This document shows, piece after piece, positions 36,869-48,879 of a stretch of DNA of 64,000 nt. The stretch spans positions 32,001 to 96,000 of the forward strand of contig JANNVQ010000029.1 of NCBI GenBank assembly GCA_031414535.1. The letters are read 5' to 3'. The position numbers and the translations under genes were made by a program. Source of the stretch: Gemmatimonas sp. Lineage in GTDB: Bacteria; Gemmatimonadota; Gemmatimonadetes; Gemmatimonadales; Gemmatimonadaceae. A model generated the notes under the pieces. It ran no database searches. It had not been told where the DNA came from and worked only from the letters and a program-made list of their open reading frames with translations. Each line of letters opens with the position of its first letter. Position 1 is the stretch's first letter.

Positions 36869-37543
36869 ATGCGCACAACCACAAAGTTCCTTGCCCTCGC
36901 AGGGCTCGTCATCGGCTTCGGTGGCGTAGCAAGCGCCCAGAACCCAGGTCCCAGCCCAATGCATCGCGCGCCGCAGGGCGGGCCAGTGGCGCCGCGCGGC
37001 CCGGGTAATGTCACGGCCATGCTCAATGCGCGTCGTCAGCTAGATCTCACGCCTCGGCAGGTCGCGCAGCTCGACTCAATCGAGCGGGGACTGCATGCGG
37101 AACGGGAGCGCGTCGCCGCGGCCAATCGCCCGGCCATGGATTCGTTGCGTCAGCACATGCGCAGCGGCGCGCCTCGCGATGAGCGGCAGCGCGAAGAGAT
37201 GCGCGCCGAGGCCGAGCAGCACCGGGCCGCCATGCGACCGCAGATGGAGCGTCTACGCTCGCGCGATTCGGTGGCCACTGCGACCGCTGATCGTTTGCTG
37301 ACAGAGACGCAGCGCACGAAGTGGCGCGAGATGCAGGCCGAGCGCCGCGGGTTTGAACGTGGCATGCGCGAAGGTCGCGGACGCCAGCAGGGCATGCAGG
37401 GCATGCGGGGTATGCAGGGCATGCAGGGCGTGCAGGGCATGCAGGGTCGCCCGGGCAATCGTGGGCAGCCGCAGATGCGTCGCCCAATGGGTGAGGGTCG
37501 GGCTGGAGAGGGCGGGCAGCCGGCACCGGGTCGCCGCCCGTAA
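36869..37543 (+). CDS. Periplasmic Spy/CpxP-like helical protein with low-complexity tail
   Basis: Signal peptide ASA-Q, LTPRQ and LTETQ (LTxxQ) motifs, AGGAG SD. Confidence 0.75.
   Translation: MRTTTKFLALAGLVIGFGGVASAQNPGPSPMHRAPQGGPVAPRGPGNVTAMLNARRQLDLTPRQVAQLDSIERGLHAERERVAAANRPAMDSLRQHMRSGAPRDERQREEMRAEAEQHRAAMRPQMERLRSRDSVATATADRLLTETQRTKWREMQAERRGFERGMREGRGRQQGMQGMRGMQGMQGVQGMQGRPGNRGQPQMRRPMGEGRAGEGGQPAPGRRP
37388..37447 (+). repeat. 9-bp coding tandem repeat (CAGGGCATG; QGM x ~6.7)
   Basis: Read directly from the sequence. Confidence 0.9.
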
Positions 37544-37565
37544 CCTGAGCGATTGCGGCGACGCA

Positions 37566-37598
37566 CAGGGGGGACGCAGTTTATCTGTGTCCCCCCTG
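37566..37598 (+). terminator. Strong hairpin downstream of Spy-like gene
   Basis: CAGGGGGGAC-GCAG-loop-CTGT-GTCCCCCCTG, followed by a short T run. Confidence 0.65.
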
Positions 37599-37623
37599 GA
37601 CGTTTTCCCTCGCAGAGACTGAG

Positions 37624-38364
37624 GTGTTGCCGATGAACGTATTGTCCGAGAGCCCTGCTCCGGCGCCCGCAAAGGCGTCGTTGATCGAAGATTGCATTGA
37701 CATCTGGTTTAAGCCCTCCGCCGTGTTCGCCCGCCGCAGCGGTGCCGGATGGTTTGGGCCCTTCGCGGTCAGTGCCGTACTCTTGGTCGCGCTGTATTAC
37801 GCCGCCGCGGGCAGCATGCAGGGCGTCCTCGATGCGGAAGTGACCAAAGCGATTGCCTCTGCAAAGGCGGAGAACCCGAACATGACGGGTGAGCAGTTGG
37901 CAACGATGCAGACCGTCATTGAGAAGTCCATCCAGTTTGGCGGTCTCGTTGGCTTGCCGGTCGCACTCTTCATCCTTGGCTTCGGCGTGTGGCTCGTCTC
38001 ACGCTTGCTGGGCGGTATTCTGTCCTTGGGCGGCGGCATCATGGTGGCGTCCTTCGCGTACCTGCCAAAGGCGCTTGAGCTCCTATTGGTGATCGTGCAG
38101 GGCATGGTGCTCGACACGTCCGCTTGGAACGGGCGCTACAAGTTCTCCTGGGGTGCGGGCCGCTTCATGGAGCCGAGCGAGACGCAGGGCCTCTACAATC
38201 TGATTGGTCGTGTGGATGCGTTTACCATCTGGGTGACCATTCTCATTGCGCTCGGGCTCATCCACGCGGCGAAGGTGGAGAAGACCAAGGCCTACGCGGG
38301 CGCTGCCGTCGTCTGGATCCTCGGCGCAATTCCAGCGATATACCAACTCGCGACGGGGAAGTAG
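37624..38364 (+). CDS. Yip1-domain membrane protein
   Basis: I..KPS.VF, about 5 TMs, D.F.IW...L..LG. Confidence 0.75.
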   Translation: MLPMNVLSESPAPAPAKASLIEDCIDIWFKPSAVFARRSGAGWFGPFAVSAVLLVALYYAAAGSMQGVLDAEVTKAIASAKAENPNMTGEQLATMQTVIEKSIQFGGLVGLPVALFILGFGVWLVSRLLGGILSLGGGIMVASFAYLPKALELLLVIVQGMVLDTSAWNGRYKFSWGAGRFMEPSETQGLYNLIGRVDAFTIWVTILIALGLIHAAKVEKTKAYAGAAVVWILGAIPAIYQLATGK

Positions 38365-38388
38365 TACACGCTGGCATTCAAGGGATGA

Positions 38389-38930
38389 GTGGCACGGCCG
38401 ACACTTGTGGAATTCTCACAGGACGCGTCCGTGCCCTACATCCGCTCCGAGCCCAAGGACTTGGTGAGCCGCGGGGACAATCTCCCCACCTTGCCTAGCG
38501 TCGTGATGCAGCTGCACCGGGTCCTTGAGGATCCCGTGGCGGGCCCCGCGCACATCGCGGGTGTCATGTCGCAAGATCCGGCACTTACGGCGCGTCTATC
38601 ATGAACCGTGAACTCGGCCGCCTTCATTGAGAAATCTCTGGGTGCGGGTCGGCGCCACGCGTGCCATCTCAGCGGATGACGCTTACGTGGTTGGCCTCCT
38701 GCACGATGTGGAACTGTTAGTGCTCAACCAGCACTTTGGCGCCGCGTACTGGGCGATGCTCGATGCACGGGAGGATTCCGACGAGCCACTCGCGGCGCTG
38801 GAGGAGGCTCAGCTCGGGATTGATCACGGAGCCGTTGCTGCGTTCGCTGGGCGTGCCAGCGCCCGAGGTGCGTGGTCTGATTGAATCAACCTGCGACGTA
38901 CATGCCTTCGCAGCGTCCTTCTTCAGCTAG
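38389..38930 (+). pseudogene. Degraded HDOD-domain gene
   Basis: LPTLP.V...QDPALTARL, in-frame TGA, then VNSAAF; central part missing; GLLHD and LGIDH lie in another frame; a further shift near the 3' end. Confidence 0.85.
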
Positions 38931-39394
38931 CGACGCAGGTGCTTGGCAAAACAGTGCTTCTCGCCGACTTCAATTTCCGTCTGGTCCTTGGCGTAGCGCG
39001 CAATCTTCTCGGGATAGGTCCCGAGTGGCGCGCGATCGAATCCGCAGCTCATGAAGAGCTCGTCCGAGTACGAGACGGCGAAGAGATCGGTGTAGCCACG
39101 GGATTGCGCGAGATCTACGGCCGCCTGGATTAACTGGCGGCCGTAGCCGTTTCCGTGTGCATCCTCGTCCACCGCGAGCGAAATCAGCTCCACCACGCTC
39201 GGTGAGTACTCGTCGAGCGCCACGCAGCCGAGGATGCCGCCCTGCGCATCGCGCATCACGCGATAGTCGCTGAGGTGATTGGCGGCAAAGTCCGGCGTGC
39301 GGGCGAGCGTGAGCCCCGACGCCGAGTAGCGGTTGTTGAGCGAAAGCAGCTGCGGGATGTCCGTCTCGTGTGCGGGGCCAATGCGGTGGTTCAT
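38927..39394 (-). CDS. GNAT acetyltransferase, short ArgA (N-acetylglutamate synthase)-like
   Basis: GCVAL...E..SLAV...G.GYG..L, F...GF, PEKI. Confidence 0.75.
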   Translation of the reverse strand: MNHRIGPAHETDIPQLLSLNNRYSASGLTLARTPDFAANHLSDYRVMRDAQGGILGCVALDEYSPSVVELISLAVDEDAHGNGYGRQLIQAAVDLAQSRGYTDLFAVSYSDELFMSCGFDRAPLGTYPEKIARYAKDQTEIEVGEKHCFAKHLRR

Positions 39395-41142
39395 CGTTCC
39401 ACGGCCTCTAAGCGCTTGAGCGCGATGCGAATGGGTACCAGCGTCGCGACGATGCAGAGCACGAATGCAGCACCAAAGCCCGCCACCATCTGAGTGGGTT
39501 CAATCGGCTGGCTGAAGGCCTTGGCCGAGAGGTAGCTGTACACGGGGCCGGCTTCGAGCACGATGACGCTCCCGATCAAGGCCACCGACGACATCATGTA
39601 GAGAAGGCCGCCGAAGCTGGTGGGAATCTGCGCGGCGTTCTCCGTCTCGAACTGCGGGAACATGGTCCCGAAGCCAATCGCCATGCCACTCAGCGCGAAT
39701 GTCATCAACGTAATGGTTCCAACGGACACGAAGAACATGAAGTCGCTCACCTGCAACATGTAATCCGTTACGCCGACGATGGCGATGGCGAGAATGAGCA
39801 GAGGCAGCGTGCCCACCCAGAACTTGGCCCAGAGCAGGTCCTCCACCGCCATCGGGCTCGAGCGCAGCAGCCAAAGCGTGCGGCCTTCGAGTGAAACGCC
39901 TGGGAAGATGAATCGTGCGGCGATGGATGCCAACACGAAGCCCGCAAGCACCAAGTTCAGGAAGGGAACAACGTTCACGAGGAAGAACGTGATGCCTTCA
40001 CCGCGCAGCGGCAGGAACTTGATGTTGTACACATACACCACCACGAGCACGGCGAGCAGGATGAGCTGCGACCACTGCGTGGTATCGCGGAAGAACAGGC
40101 GCAGTTCCTTGAGTACCAGCTCCTGGCGCAGGGTGCCGAATGGCTTGAGGACGGTGTCGCCGAACGTGGAGAGGAAACCGTCCTTCTTCACCCAGCGCTG
40201 CGCGGACTCCTGTGCCTTGCTGAAACCGGTGAGGTAGAGCCACCGGTGCAGCATTGCGCCGAGTACCACCACCGCGGCGGCGGTTGCCCAAAGCATGTAC
40301 ATCGACAGCCAGTCGGGCTCTCCTGAGAGCCAGCCCATCGTCGCTTTCTGCACCCATTCGCTTGGCAACAAGGGCGAGGTCGGCGTGCGCAGGATGGAGA
40401 TGAATTCCATCAGCGAGCGGAATCCTTCCGGGCGCGCGAGCTGCTCGGGGCGCACCAAGCGGAACAGCAGCACGATGCCGCCGGCCGCGAGCACGGCGAT
40501 CACCGAGAGGATGTCACGCGTGCGGCGCGCGGGGAACACGTTCACGAGGATGAGCGTGAGCGCCGATCCCACTACGGCTGGAATGATGAACATCGGCAGC
40601 ATCAACATCACGGCGACGATCGGGAAGAGCCAGCCGCCCTTGTATGCAATGCCGTACGCCGAGAACATCGGAATGCTCACCAGCACCACCATCCAACTCG
40701 AGGCAATGATGGTCTCCAGCAGCTTCGCGCCATAGAGCCGCAACCAATCCACGGGCGCGGAAACCAGCATATCGAGGTCCTTCGCGAGGAAGAAACTCGA
40801 GAGCGCGGTAATCACATTGGAGAGCAATAGGATGCTGGTGAAACCCAGCAGAATGAGACCGAGCAACTTGCCCGCGAGGAGCGCGCCGATTTCTTCGACG
40901 CCGCGGAAGTACGTGAGCAGGCGATACAACACGCCAAACACGAAGGCCCAAAAGAGGAAGCCCACGAATCCGAGAATCGCGAAGCGCGCGCCACGGCCCT
41001 TCTCGCCCTGCACCGTGCGGGCGCGGGCTGTGAGCCACTTAGGCAGCAGCAGATGCAACAGGGGCGGATCCGGAAGCACGGACTCAGGGTCCGCTGCCTC
41101 CAGAATCACCGGCGGGCGCATGACGTCAGGCGTCGAGGACAT
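39391..41142 (-). CDS. Putative ABC-2 type permease (large, about 12-14 TM)
   Basis: F.AKDLD.L.SAP, KELR.FFRD..QWSQ, SLEG..LWLLRSSP. Confidence 0.85.
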   Translation of the reverse strand: MSSTPDVMRPPVILEAADPESVLPDPPLLHLLLPKWLTARARTVQGEKGRGARFAILGFVGFLFWAFVFGVLYRLLTYFRGVEEIGALLAGKLLGLILLGFTSILLLSNVITALSSFFLAKDLDMLVSAPVDWLRLYGAKLLETIIASSWMVVLVSIPMFSAYGIAYKGGWLFPIVAVMLMLPMFIIPAVVGSALTLILVNVFPARRTRDILSVIAVLAAGGIVLLFRLVRPEQLARPEGFRSLMEFISILRTPTSPLLPSEWVQKATMGWLSGEPDWLSMYMLWATAAAVVVLGAMLHRWLYLTGFSKAQESAQRWVKKDGFLSTFGDTVLKPFGTLRQELVLKELRLFFRDTTQWSQLILLAVLVVVYVYNIKFLPLRGEGITFFLVNVVPFLNLVLAGFVLASIAARFIFPGVSLEGRTLWLLRSSPMAVEDLLWAKFWVGTLPLLILAIAIVGVTDYMLQVSDFMFFVSVGTITLMTFALSGMAIGFGTMFPQFETENAAQIPTSFGGLLYMMSSVALIGSVIVLEAGPVYSYLSAKAFSQPIEPTQMVAGFGAAFVLCIVATLVPIRIALKRLEAVER

Positions 41143-41884
41143 CCATCAGGTCTCGTGCGGCGTTCTCGCCGGTGAGTCGGAGGAAGAGTTCCTCAAGCCC
41201 CTTCTCGCCACCCTCTAACTGCTGACGTAGCTCGGCCATGTTCCCGTAGGCCTTGATCTCGCCTTGCACGATGATGGCGAGGCGATCGCAGAGTGATTCC
41301 GCGACCTCGAGCGTGTGCGTGGAGAAGATGATGGTGTGTCCGCGATGCGTGTACTCGCGGAATAGGTCCTTCAGGATGCGGGCAGCCTTGGGATCGAGCC
41401 CCACCATCGGCTCGTCCACCACGATCACTTCCGGACGATGCACAAACGCACTGGAGATGATGAGCTTTTGGCGCATGCCGTGCGAGTAGCTCTCCACCAG
41501 TTCATCGCGCCATTCCTCGAGGTCAAACAGTGCTAGGAGTTCGCGGGCACGATGCTCCACGTCCTTACCCTTCTGATCGTACAGTCCGGCCACAAAGCGC
41601 AGGAACTCGGCGCCCGTGAGCTTCTCATAGATGAAGGGCCGGTCGGGAATGAAGCCGAGCTTGCTCTTGGCGGCCACGGGATCCGCGATGAGATCCACGC
41701 CCGCGACGCGAATGTTGCCGCTCGTAGGCTTCAGGATGCCGGCCATCATGCGCAGCGTTGTCGTCTTCCCGGCGCCGTTGGGGCCAAGGAAACCGAAGAG
41801 TTCGCCGCGCGGCACGACGAGGTCGATGCCCTTGACGGCAGTGAAGTCGCCGTAACGCTTGGTGAGCTTGCTGATCTCAATCAT
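41126..41884 (-). CDS. ABC transporter ATP-binding protein
   Basis: GPNGAGKTT, YSHGMRQK, VVDEP, STH. Confidence 0.95.
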   Translation of the reverse strand: MIEISKLTKRYGDFTAVKGIDLVVPRGELFGFLGPNGAGKTTTLRMMAGILKPTSGNIRVAGVDLIADPVAAKSKLGFIPDRPFIYEKLTGAEFLRFVAGLYDQKGKDVEHRARELLALFDLEEWRDELVESYSHGMRQKLIISSAFVHRPEVIVVDEPMVGLDPKAARILKDLFREYTHRGHTIIFSTHTLEVAESLCDRLAIIVQGEIKAYGNMAELRQQLEGGEKGLEELFLRLTGENAARDLMDVLDA

Positions 41885-43470
41885 CGCGCGTTCAAAACCT
41901 CGATGCGGAGTGTGCCGACGAGCCGCAGGAGCTCGCCCTGACGCGTCAGTCCGCCAGAGACGAAACGCAGATGCGCCGCGTCAGCGGGGAACTGGCCAAA
42001 CGTGGGATCAACCGCCACCCATTCATTCATCCACACTTCAGGCCATGCGTGGTAGTAGAACTTCCCGTTCACGTAGGCTAGGCCGGTGGCGATGCGCGCG
42101 GGAATCCCAATCGCGCGCGCCAAGGCCACATAGAGCTGCGTGTGTTCGTTGCAATCGCCGCGCCGGTCGCGGAGCACCTGCACGGCACTCGGCACCGTGA
42201 TGGTGATTTCCTTGGCGATGGAATCGTACACCCAGGCGTTGATGCGCTCGGCGATGATGCGCGGGTCTCGCTCGTTGCCGGCGATGCGCACCGCGAGGTT
42301 CACGATGTCGCGATTGTTCACTTGGAGGAGCGGCTCTTCCCGCAGTTCCGCCGCGAAGCGCTCGCGGAAACCGCGTTGGCGCTCGTTCAGGCGCCAGGGT
42401 GCGCGCACCTGCAGCGGCGATTCCATCGTCACACGCAGCGTGTCGCCGTTCAGCGACTGACGGCCGCCTGCGAGGTCAAACGATTGCAGCGGCGTTCCCG
42501 ACAATCGCACCGAGAGCTGCCGGACGTTGCCATCGCCGGGAATGTCGCCTGCGGCGATTGCCGTACTCTCAATGAGACCGCCCGCACTGGCGGTCGTCGT
42601 GGCCGATGTTTGGTCGCGCGTACGACGCCAGTTCTCGAAGGCGATCTCGTATGCCATGCGGCGCACCACGATGCCACCGGGCTGCTGGGTCTGGACGACG
42701 TTGCCTTGGGCATCCACCCAGCCACTGAATCCACTGCCGTCTGTGGGCTCAAGCTTCCAGGCGCGCACGGTGTCGTCTCTCGCGCTCACAAAAAGATTCG
42801 TCGTCGAATCGTACTTGGCGCTGTCGGTGACGACGAACAAGGACTCGGCGGCAAAGGTCAGCCGCACTTCGGTGGCGGCCATCAGCCGCGGATCGAAGCT
42901 CGGCAGGGTGATAGTCTTGCCAACCTTTGGGTCGCCGCCAACGAGCATCGCGGCGGCGGGTAGCAGCGTGGGCACGAGGATCGGACCGTCCACCGCCACG
43001 CGCTGCGTGTCGCTGGGCTGGCCGGGCACACGCATCACGAAGCGCACGACCGAATCGCCTTCCACGCTGCCCGCCGCACTCATCGGCGAGTCGGGAATAT
43101 CGATCTGCACGTCAAAGCGCCTGAGCGCCAGCGCGCGCGACAGCGTGATGACGCTGCGAGCCGACGCGCGGAAGGATTGGCCGGCGAGCGGCAAGTCGGC
43201 GATGAAGTAGTCCAGCACCTCGAAGGTCGTGCCGCTGGTGTCAATGGTGGTGGACGCAAAGCCGATCTGGCGTCCGTCCTGTTCGACGACGAAGTAGATG
43301 GAGCCGGGCGCAAGCCGCATGGCGGCCTCCGCGAGAATCACCGATTGTTCGCGGAAAAATTCGCGCTGGACCAAGAGGCCAACGCCGGCGAGCCAAGCGA
43401 CGATGATGAGTGCGGCAGCGATGCTGCGTCCCCGGCGCTTGCCGGCGGCCATCTGAGTTCGCGTGGTCAT
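41881..43470 (-). CDS. Membrane-anchored transglutaminase-like protein
   Basis: N-terminal TM; catalytic triad GDCNEH / YHAW.E / VDPT. Start taken at 43470. Confidence 0.85.
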   Translation of the reverse strand: MTTRTQMAAGKRRGRSIAAALIIVAWLAGVGLLVQREFFREQSVILAEAAMRLAPGSIYFVVEQDGRQIGFASTTIDTSGTTFEVLDYFIADLPLAGQSFRASARSVITLSRALALRRFDVQIDIPDSPMSAAGSVEGDSVVRFVMRVPGQPSDTQRVAVDGPILVPTLLPAAAMLVGGDPKVGKTITLPSFDPRLMAATEVRLTFAAESLFVVTDSAKYDSTTNLFVSARDDTVRAWKLEPTDGSGFSGWVDAQGNVVQTQQPGGIVVRRMAYEIAFENWRRTRDQTSATTTASAGGLIESTAIAAGDIPGDGNVRQLSVRLSGTPLQSFDLAGGRQSLNGDTLRVTMESPLQVRAPWRLNERQRGFRERFAAELREEPLLQVNNRDIVNLAVRIAGNERDPRIIAERINAWVYDSIAKEITITVPSAVQVLRDRRGDCNEHTQLYVALARAIGIPARIATGLAYVNGKFYYHAWPEVWMNEWVAVDPTFGQFPADAAHLRFVSGGLTRQGELLRLVGTLRIEVLNAR

Positions 43471-43498
43471 TCGGTGGGGAAGGAACGAATCATCGGGC

Positions 43499-44482
43499 TC
43501 ACGAGCGCTGCGCCTCGCGGGAACGGCGGTACCATTCCGCAGCTTCGGGCGGACGGCCCAGCCGGTCGAGTACCACACCAACTCCCTTGAACGCTCTCCA
43601 GTTCTCGGGGTCGAGTTGCGACGCACGCTCGTATGCGGCGCGCGCCTCTTCGAGGCGGTCTGTTTGGTTCAGCGCCTCGCCGATGAAGTAGTGCGCTAAA
43701 GCATGCTCGGGCGCCGCGGCCACACCCTTCTGCAAGGGCTCGACGGCGTCCTTCCAGCGGGCGCGGCGGCAGGCGAGGATGCCCGTCTGCACGAAGACTT
43801 CGGGATGATCGGGCTTGAGCTTCTCGGCCGCCTTGATGGCCTTGGCCGCGTCGTCGTAGCGGAGCATGGCGCCGAGGGCTGAGGCGCGAGCGCAGGTGAG
43901 CGAAAAGGCATCACCGCCGGCGGCTTCCGAGCGCTCGATGGTCTTGATGGCGCCAGCCGCATCGTTGGCCCGCTCCTGCGCGGTGATATAGGCCAAAGCC
44001 CGAGCGGTGTCGCCGGGCGTCTGCTCAAAAACGAGGCGCAGCACCTCGATTGTCGGGCGCTGCTGCCGTGCAATTGGCTCGTTGGTCGCGGCTGTGCGAA
44101 CCGGCGACGGCGAGGCTGCCGCACGAGCTGCCGCGCTGGCCGCCATAGCCTTGGGGTTCACCACGGCGCGAATCGGCAGGATGGGCGTCGCCTTGGTGGT
44201 TGGCGCGCTGACGCCATCAATACGACGCGCAACAAAGCGAGGCTCCTCCAGCTCCGAGTCGTCATACGACCACTCGCCACAGACGGGGGGCTCCCGGTGA
44301 GGGACTGCAACCATCTCGTCGGGCAGCGTGGCCGGGTCCACGACCGCGCCCTCGGCGTCGAAGACGCCGAGGGGAAGCTGGTAGGGATCTGGGGCGGAAC
44401 TGGGCTCGGAGTCCAAGGCGAGGAGGGAAGAGCGGAAATCGATGGTGAAAAGCGAAAATCGAGGAAACGACGGGGAGGACAC
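43499..44482 (-). CDS. Tetratricopeptide repeat protein
   Basis: C-terminal TPRs (A.....G.......A...Y.RA..LDP). N-terminus low complexity, start uncertain. Confidence 0.75.
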   Translation of the reverse strand: MSSPSFPRFSLFTIDFRSSLLALDSEPSSAPDPYQLPLGVFDAEGAVVDPATLPDEMVAVPHREPPVCGEWSYDDSELEEPRFVARRIDGVSAPTTKATPILPIRAVVNPKAMAASAAARAAASPSPVRTAATNEPIARQQRPTIEVLRLVFEQTPGDTARALAYITAQERANDAAGAIKTIERSEAAGGDAFSLTCARASALGAMLRYDDAAKAIKAAEKLKPDHPEVFVQTGILACRRARWKDAVEPLQKGVAAAPEHALAHYFIGEALNQTDRLEEARAAYERASQLDPENWRAFKGVGVVLDRLGRPPEAAEWYRRSREAQRS

Positions 44483-44653
44483 GCTACTGGATTTCCCGCA
44501 AGGTGAACCCCGGGGGGAATCTAGTGGTTCGTCAGGGACTGGGCGCTGGGGAAGAACCGAAGGGAGGAGGGGGAGGAGACGGTCCCTGTCCCGTACCTCC
44601 TCCGTGAATCTGGGTTCCCCCTGCTCCTTGCTACCCCGCTATCTTCCCAGACT

Positions 44654-47479
<2,826 letters not shown>

Positions 47480-47481
47480 AG

Positions 47482-47518
47482 GTAGGCCGCCGAGGGGCTG
47501 ACGCATCAGCCTCCGCGG
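47482..47518 (+). terminator. GTAG-preceded hairpin after uvrA
   Basis: GGCTGA-CGCA-TCAGCC core with imperfect CCGC..GCGG extension. Confidence 0.45.
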
Positions 47519-47548
47519 AGCGCGCGCATACTCAACCGGAGTACCCTC

Positions 47549-48850
47549 ATGTTTCGACGCCTGCTGCTCTCGCTCTCGTTCATCCCGCTTGCCGCGCAGA
47601 CCACCGAGGCCCAACGAACGAACGCGCCGTCTGAGCTGATGCGCTTGGTGGAGCAACGCCTCCCGGCCGTGATGCCCAAAGTCGTCGCTTGGCGGCGCGA
47701 CATCCACGAGCATCCGGAGCTCAGCTTTGAGGAACGTCGCACGGCGGCGCTGGTAGCCGCGCACTTGCGGTCGTTGGGACTTGAGGTGCAGACCGAAATC
47801 GGGCGCACGGGTGTCGTTGGCATCCTGCGCGGTGGCCGCCCCGGCCCAGTCATCGCCATGCGTGCGGACATGGACGGACTCCCGGTCACCGAGCAGGTTG
47901 AGCTCCCGTTCCGCAGCCGCGCTCGCGCGCAGTGGCAGGGCCAAGAGGTTGGAGTCATGCATGCCTGCGGACACGATAACCACGTCGCCATCCTGATGGG
48001 CGCCGCTGAAGTACTAGCCGGTATGCGAGATCAGATCCCAGGCACCATTAAGTTCGTTTTCCAGCCTGCGGAAGAAGGACTCGGTGGAGCCCGCGCCATG
48101 ATTACGGATGGCGTGAATCAGAATCCACGGCCTGATGCTTGGTTCGGGTTGCACGTATGGCCTACCCGTGTTGGCAGCATCGGCGTGCGGGCGGGCCCGG
48201 AGATGGCCGCCGCTGGCAACTTCCGCATCATCGTGAAGGGCGTGCAAACACACGGTTCGCAACCATGGTCGGGCGTTGACCCCATCGTGGTGTCGGCGCA
48301 AATCTTGCTCGGGCTGCAGACCATCGTGAGCCGACAGATCAACATCTCGCAGCTGCCGGCGGTGCTCACCGTTGGACAGATTCAAGGCGGGAACCGCAGC
48401 AACATCATTCCCGACTCGGTCGTGATGGTCGGGACGCTGCGCACCTTCGATGACGCGATGCGTGCCGACATCGCTCGCCGCATCGAGCGCACGGCGAGGG
48501 ATATCGCGAGCGCCGCCGGCGCCACCGCGATTGTGACCGTCGATCCCGCTGGGCTAGTGCTCGCCAACGACACCACGCTGACGAACCGGATGATCCCGGT
48601 GCTGCAGCGCAGCGCCGGGCAGGGCGGATTTTCGCTCATCAACCCGATCATGGGTTCCGAGGACTTCCCAGAGTTCACTCGGGACATCCCGGGCGTATTC
48701 TTCTTCCTCGGCGTAACGCCCATGGATCGTGACCTCGCGACCGTGTCGGCCAACCACTCACCGTATTTCTTTGCGGATGAAGGCGCGTTGGAGACCGGCG
48801 TGCGGGCGATGGCCAATCTTGCAGTTGAGTATTTGCGCGTGGGCAAGTAG
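47549..48850 (+). CDS. Exported M20D amidohydrolase (paralogue of 30605-31912)
   Basis: Signal peptide, RADMDGLP, MHACGHD, FQPAEEG, SEDF, NHSP. Confidence 0.92.
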   Translation: MFRRLLLSLSFIPLAAQTTEAQRTNAPSELMRLVEQRLPAVMPKVVAWRRDIHEHPELSFEERRTAALVAAHLRSLGLEVQTEIGRTGVVGILRGGRPGPVIAMRADMDGLPVTEQVELPFRSRARAQWQGQEVGVMHACGHDNHVAILMGAAEVLAGMRDQIPGTIKFVFQPAEEGLGGARAMITDGVNQNPRPDAWFGLHVWPTRVGSIGVRAGPEMAAAGNFRIIVKGVQTHGSQPWSGVDPIVVSAQILLGLQTIVSRQINISQLPAVLTVGQIQGGNRSNIIPDSVVMVGTLRTFDDAMRADIARRIERTARDIASAAGATAIVTVDPAGLVLANDTTLTNRMIPVLQRSAGQGGFSLINPIMGSEDFPEFTRDIPGVFFFLGVTPMDRDLATVSANHSPYFFADEGALETGVRAMANLAVEYLRVGK

Positions 48851-48855
48851 CTCTT

Positions 48856-48873
48856 AGCCGCACAGAAGCGGCT
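48856..48873. terminator. Hairpin between convergent genes
   Basis: AGCCGC-acagaa-GCGGCT. Confidence 0.45.
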
Positions 48874-48879
48874 CACGCA

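Noticed and set aside
38602..38604. In-frame TGA as selenocysteine or readthrough
   Set aside because: The position is not a Cys site in HDOD, and the gene has further deletion and frameshift damage.
44606..44617. LexA box GAAT-N4-GTTC upstream of uvrA
   Set aside because: One mismatch to the Gram-positive box, a single instance, and the LexA motif for this lineage is not known to me.
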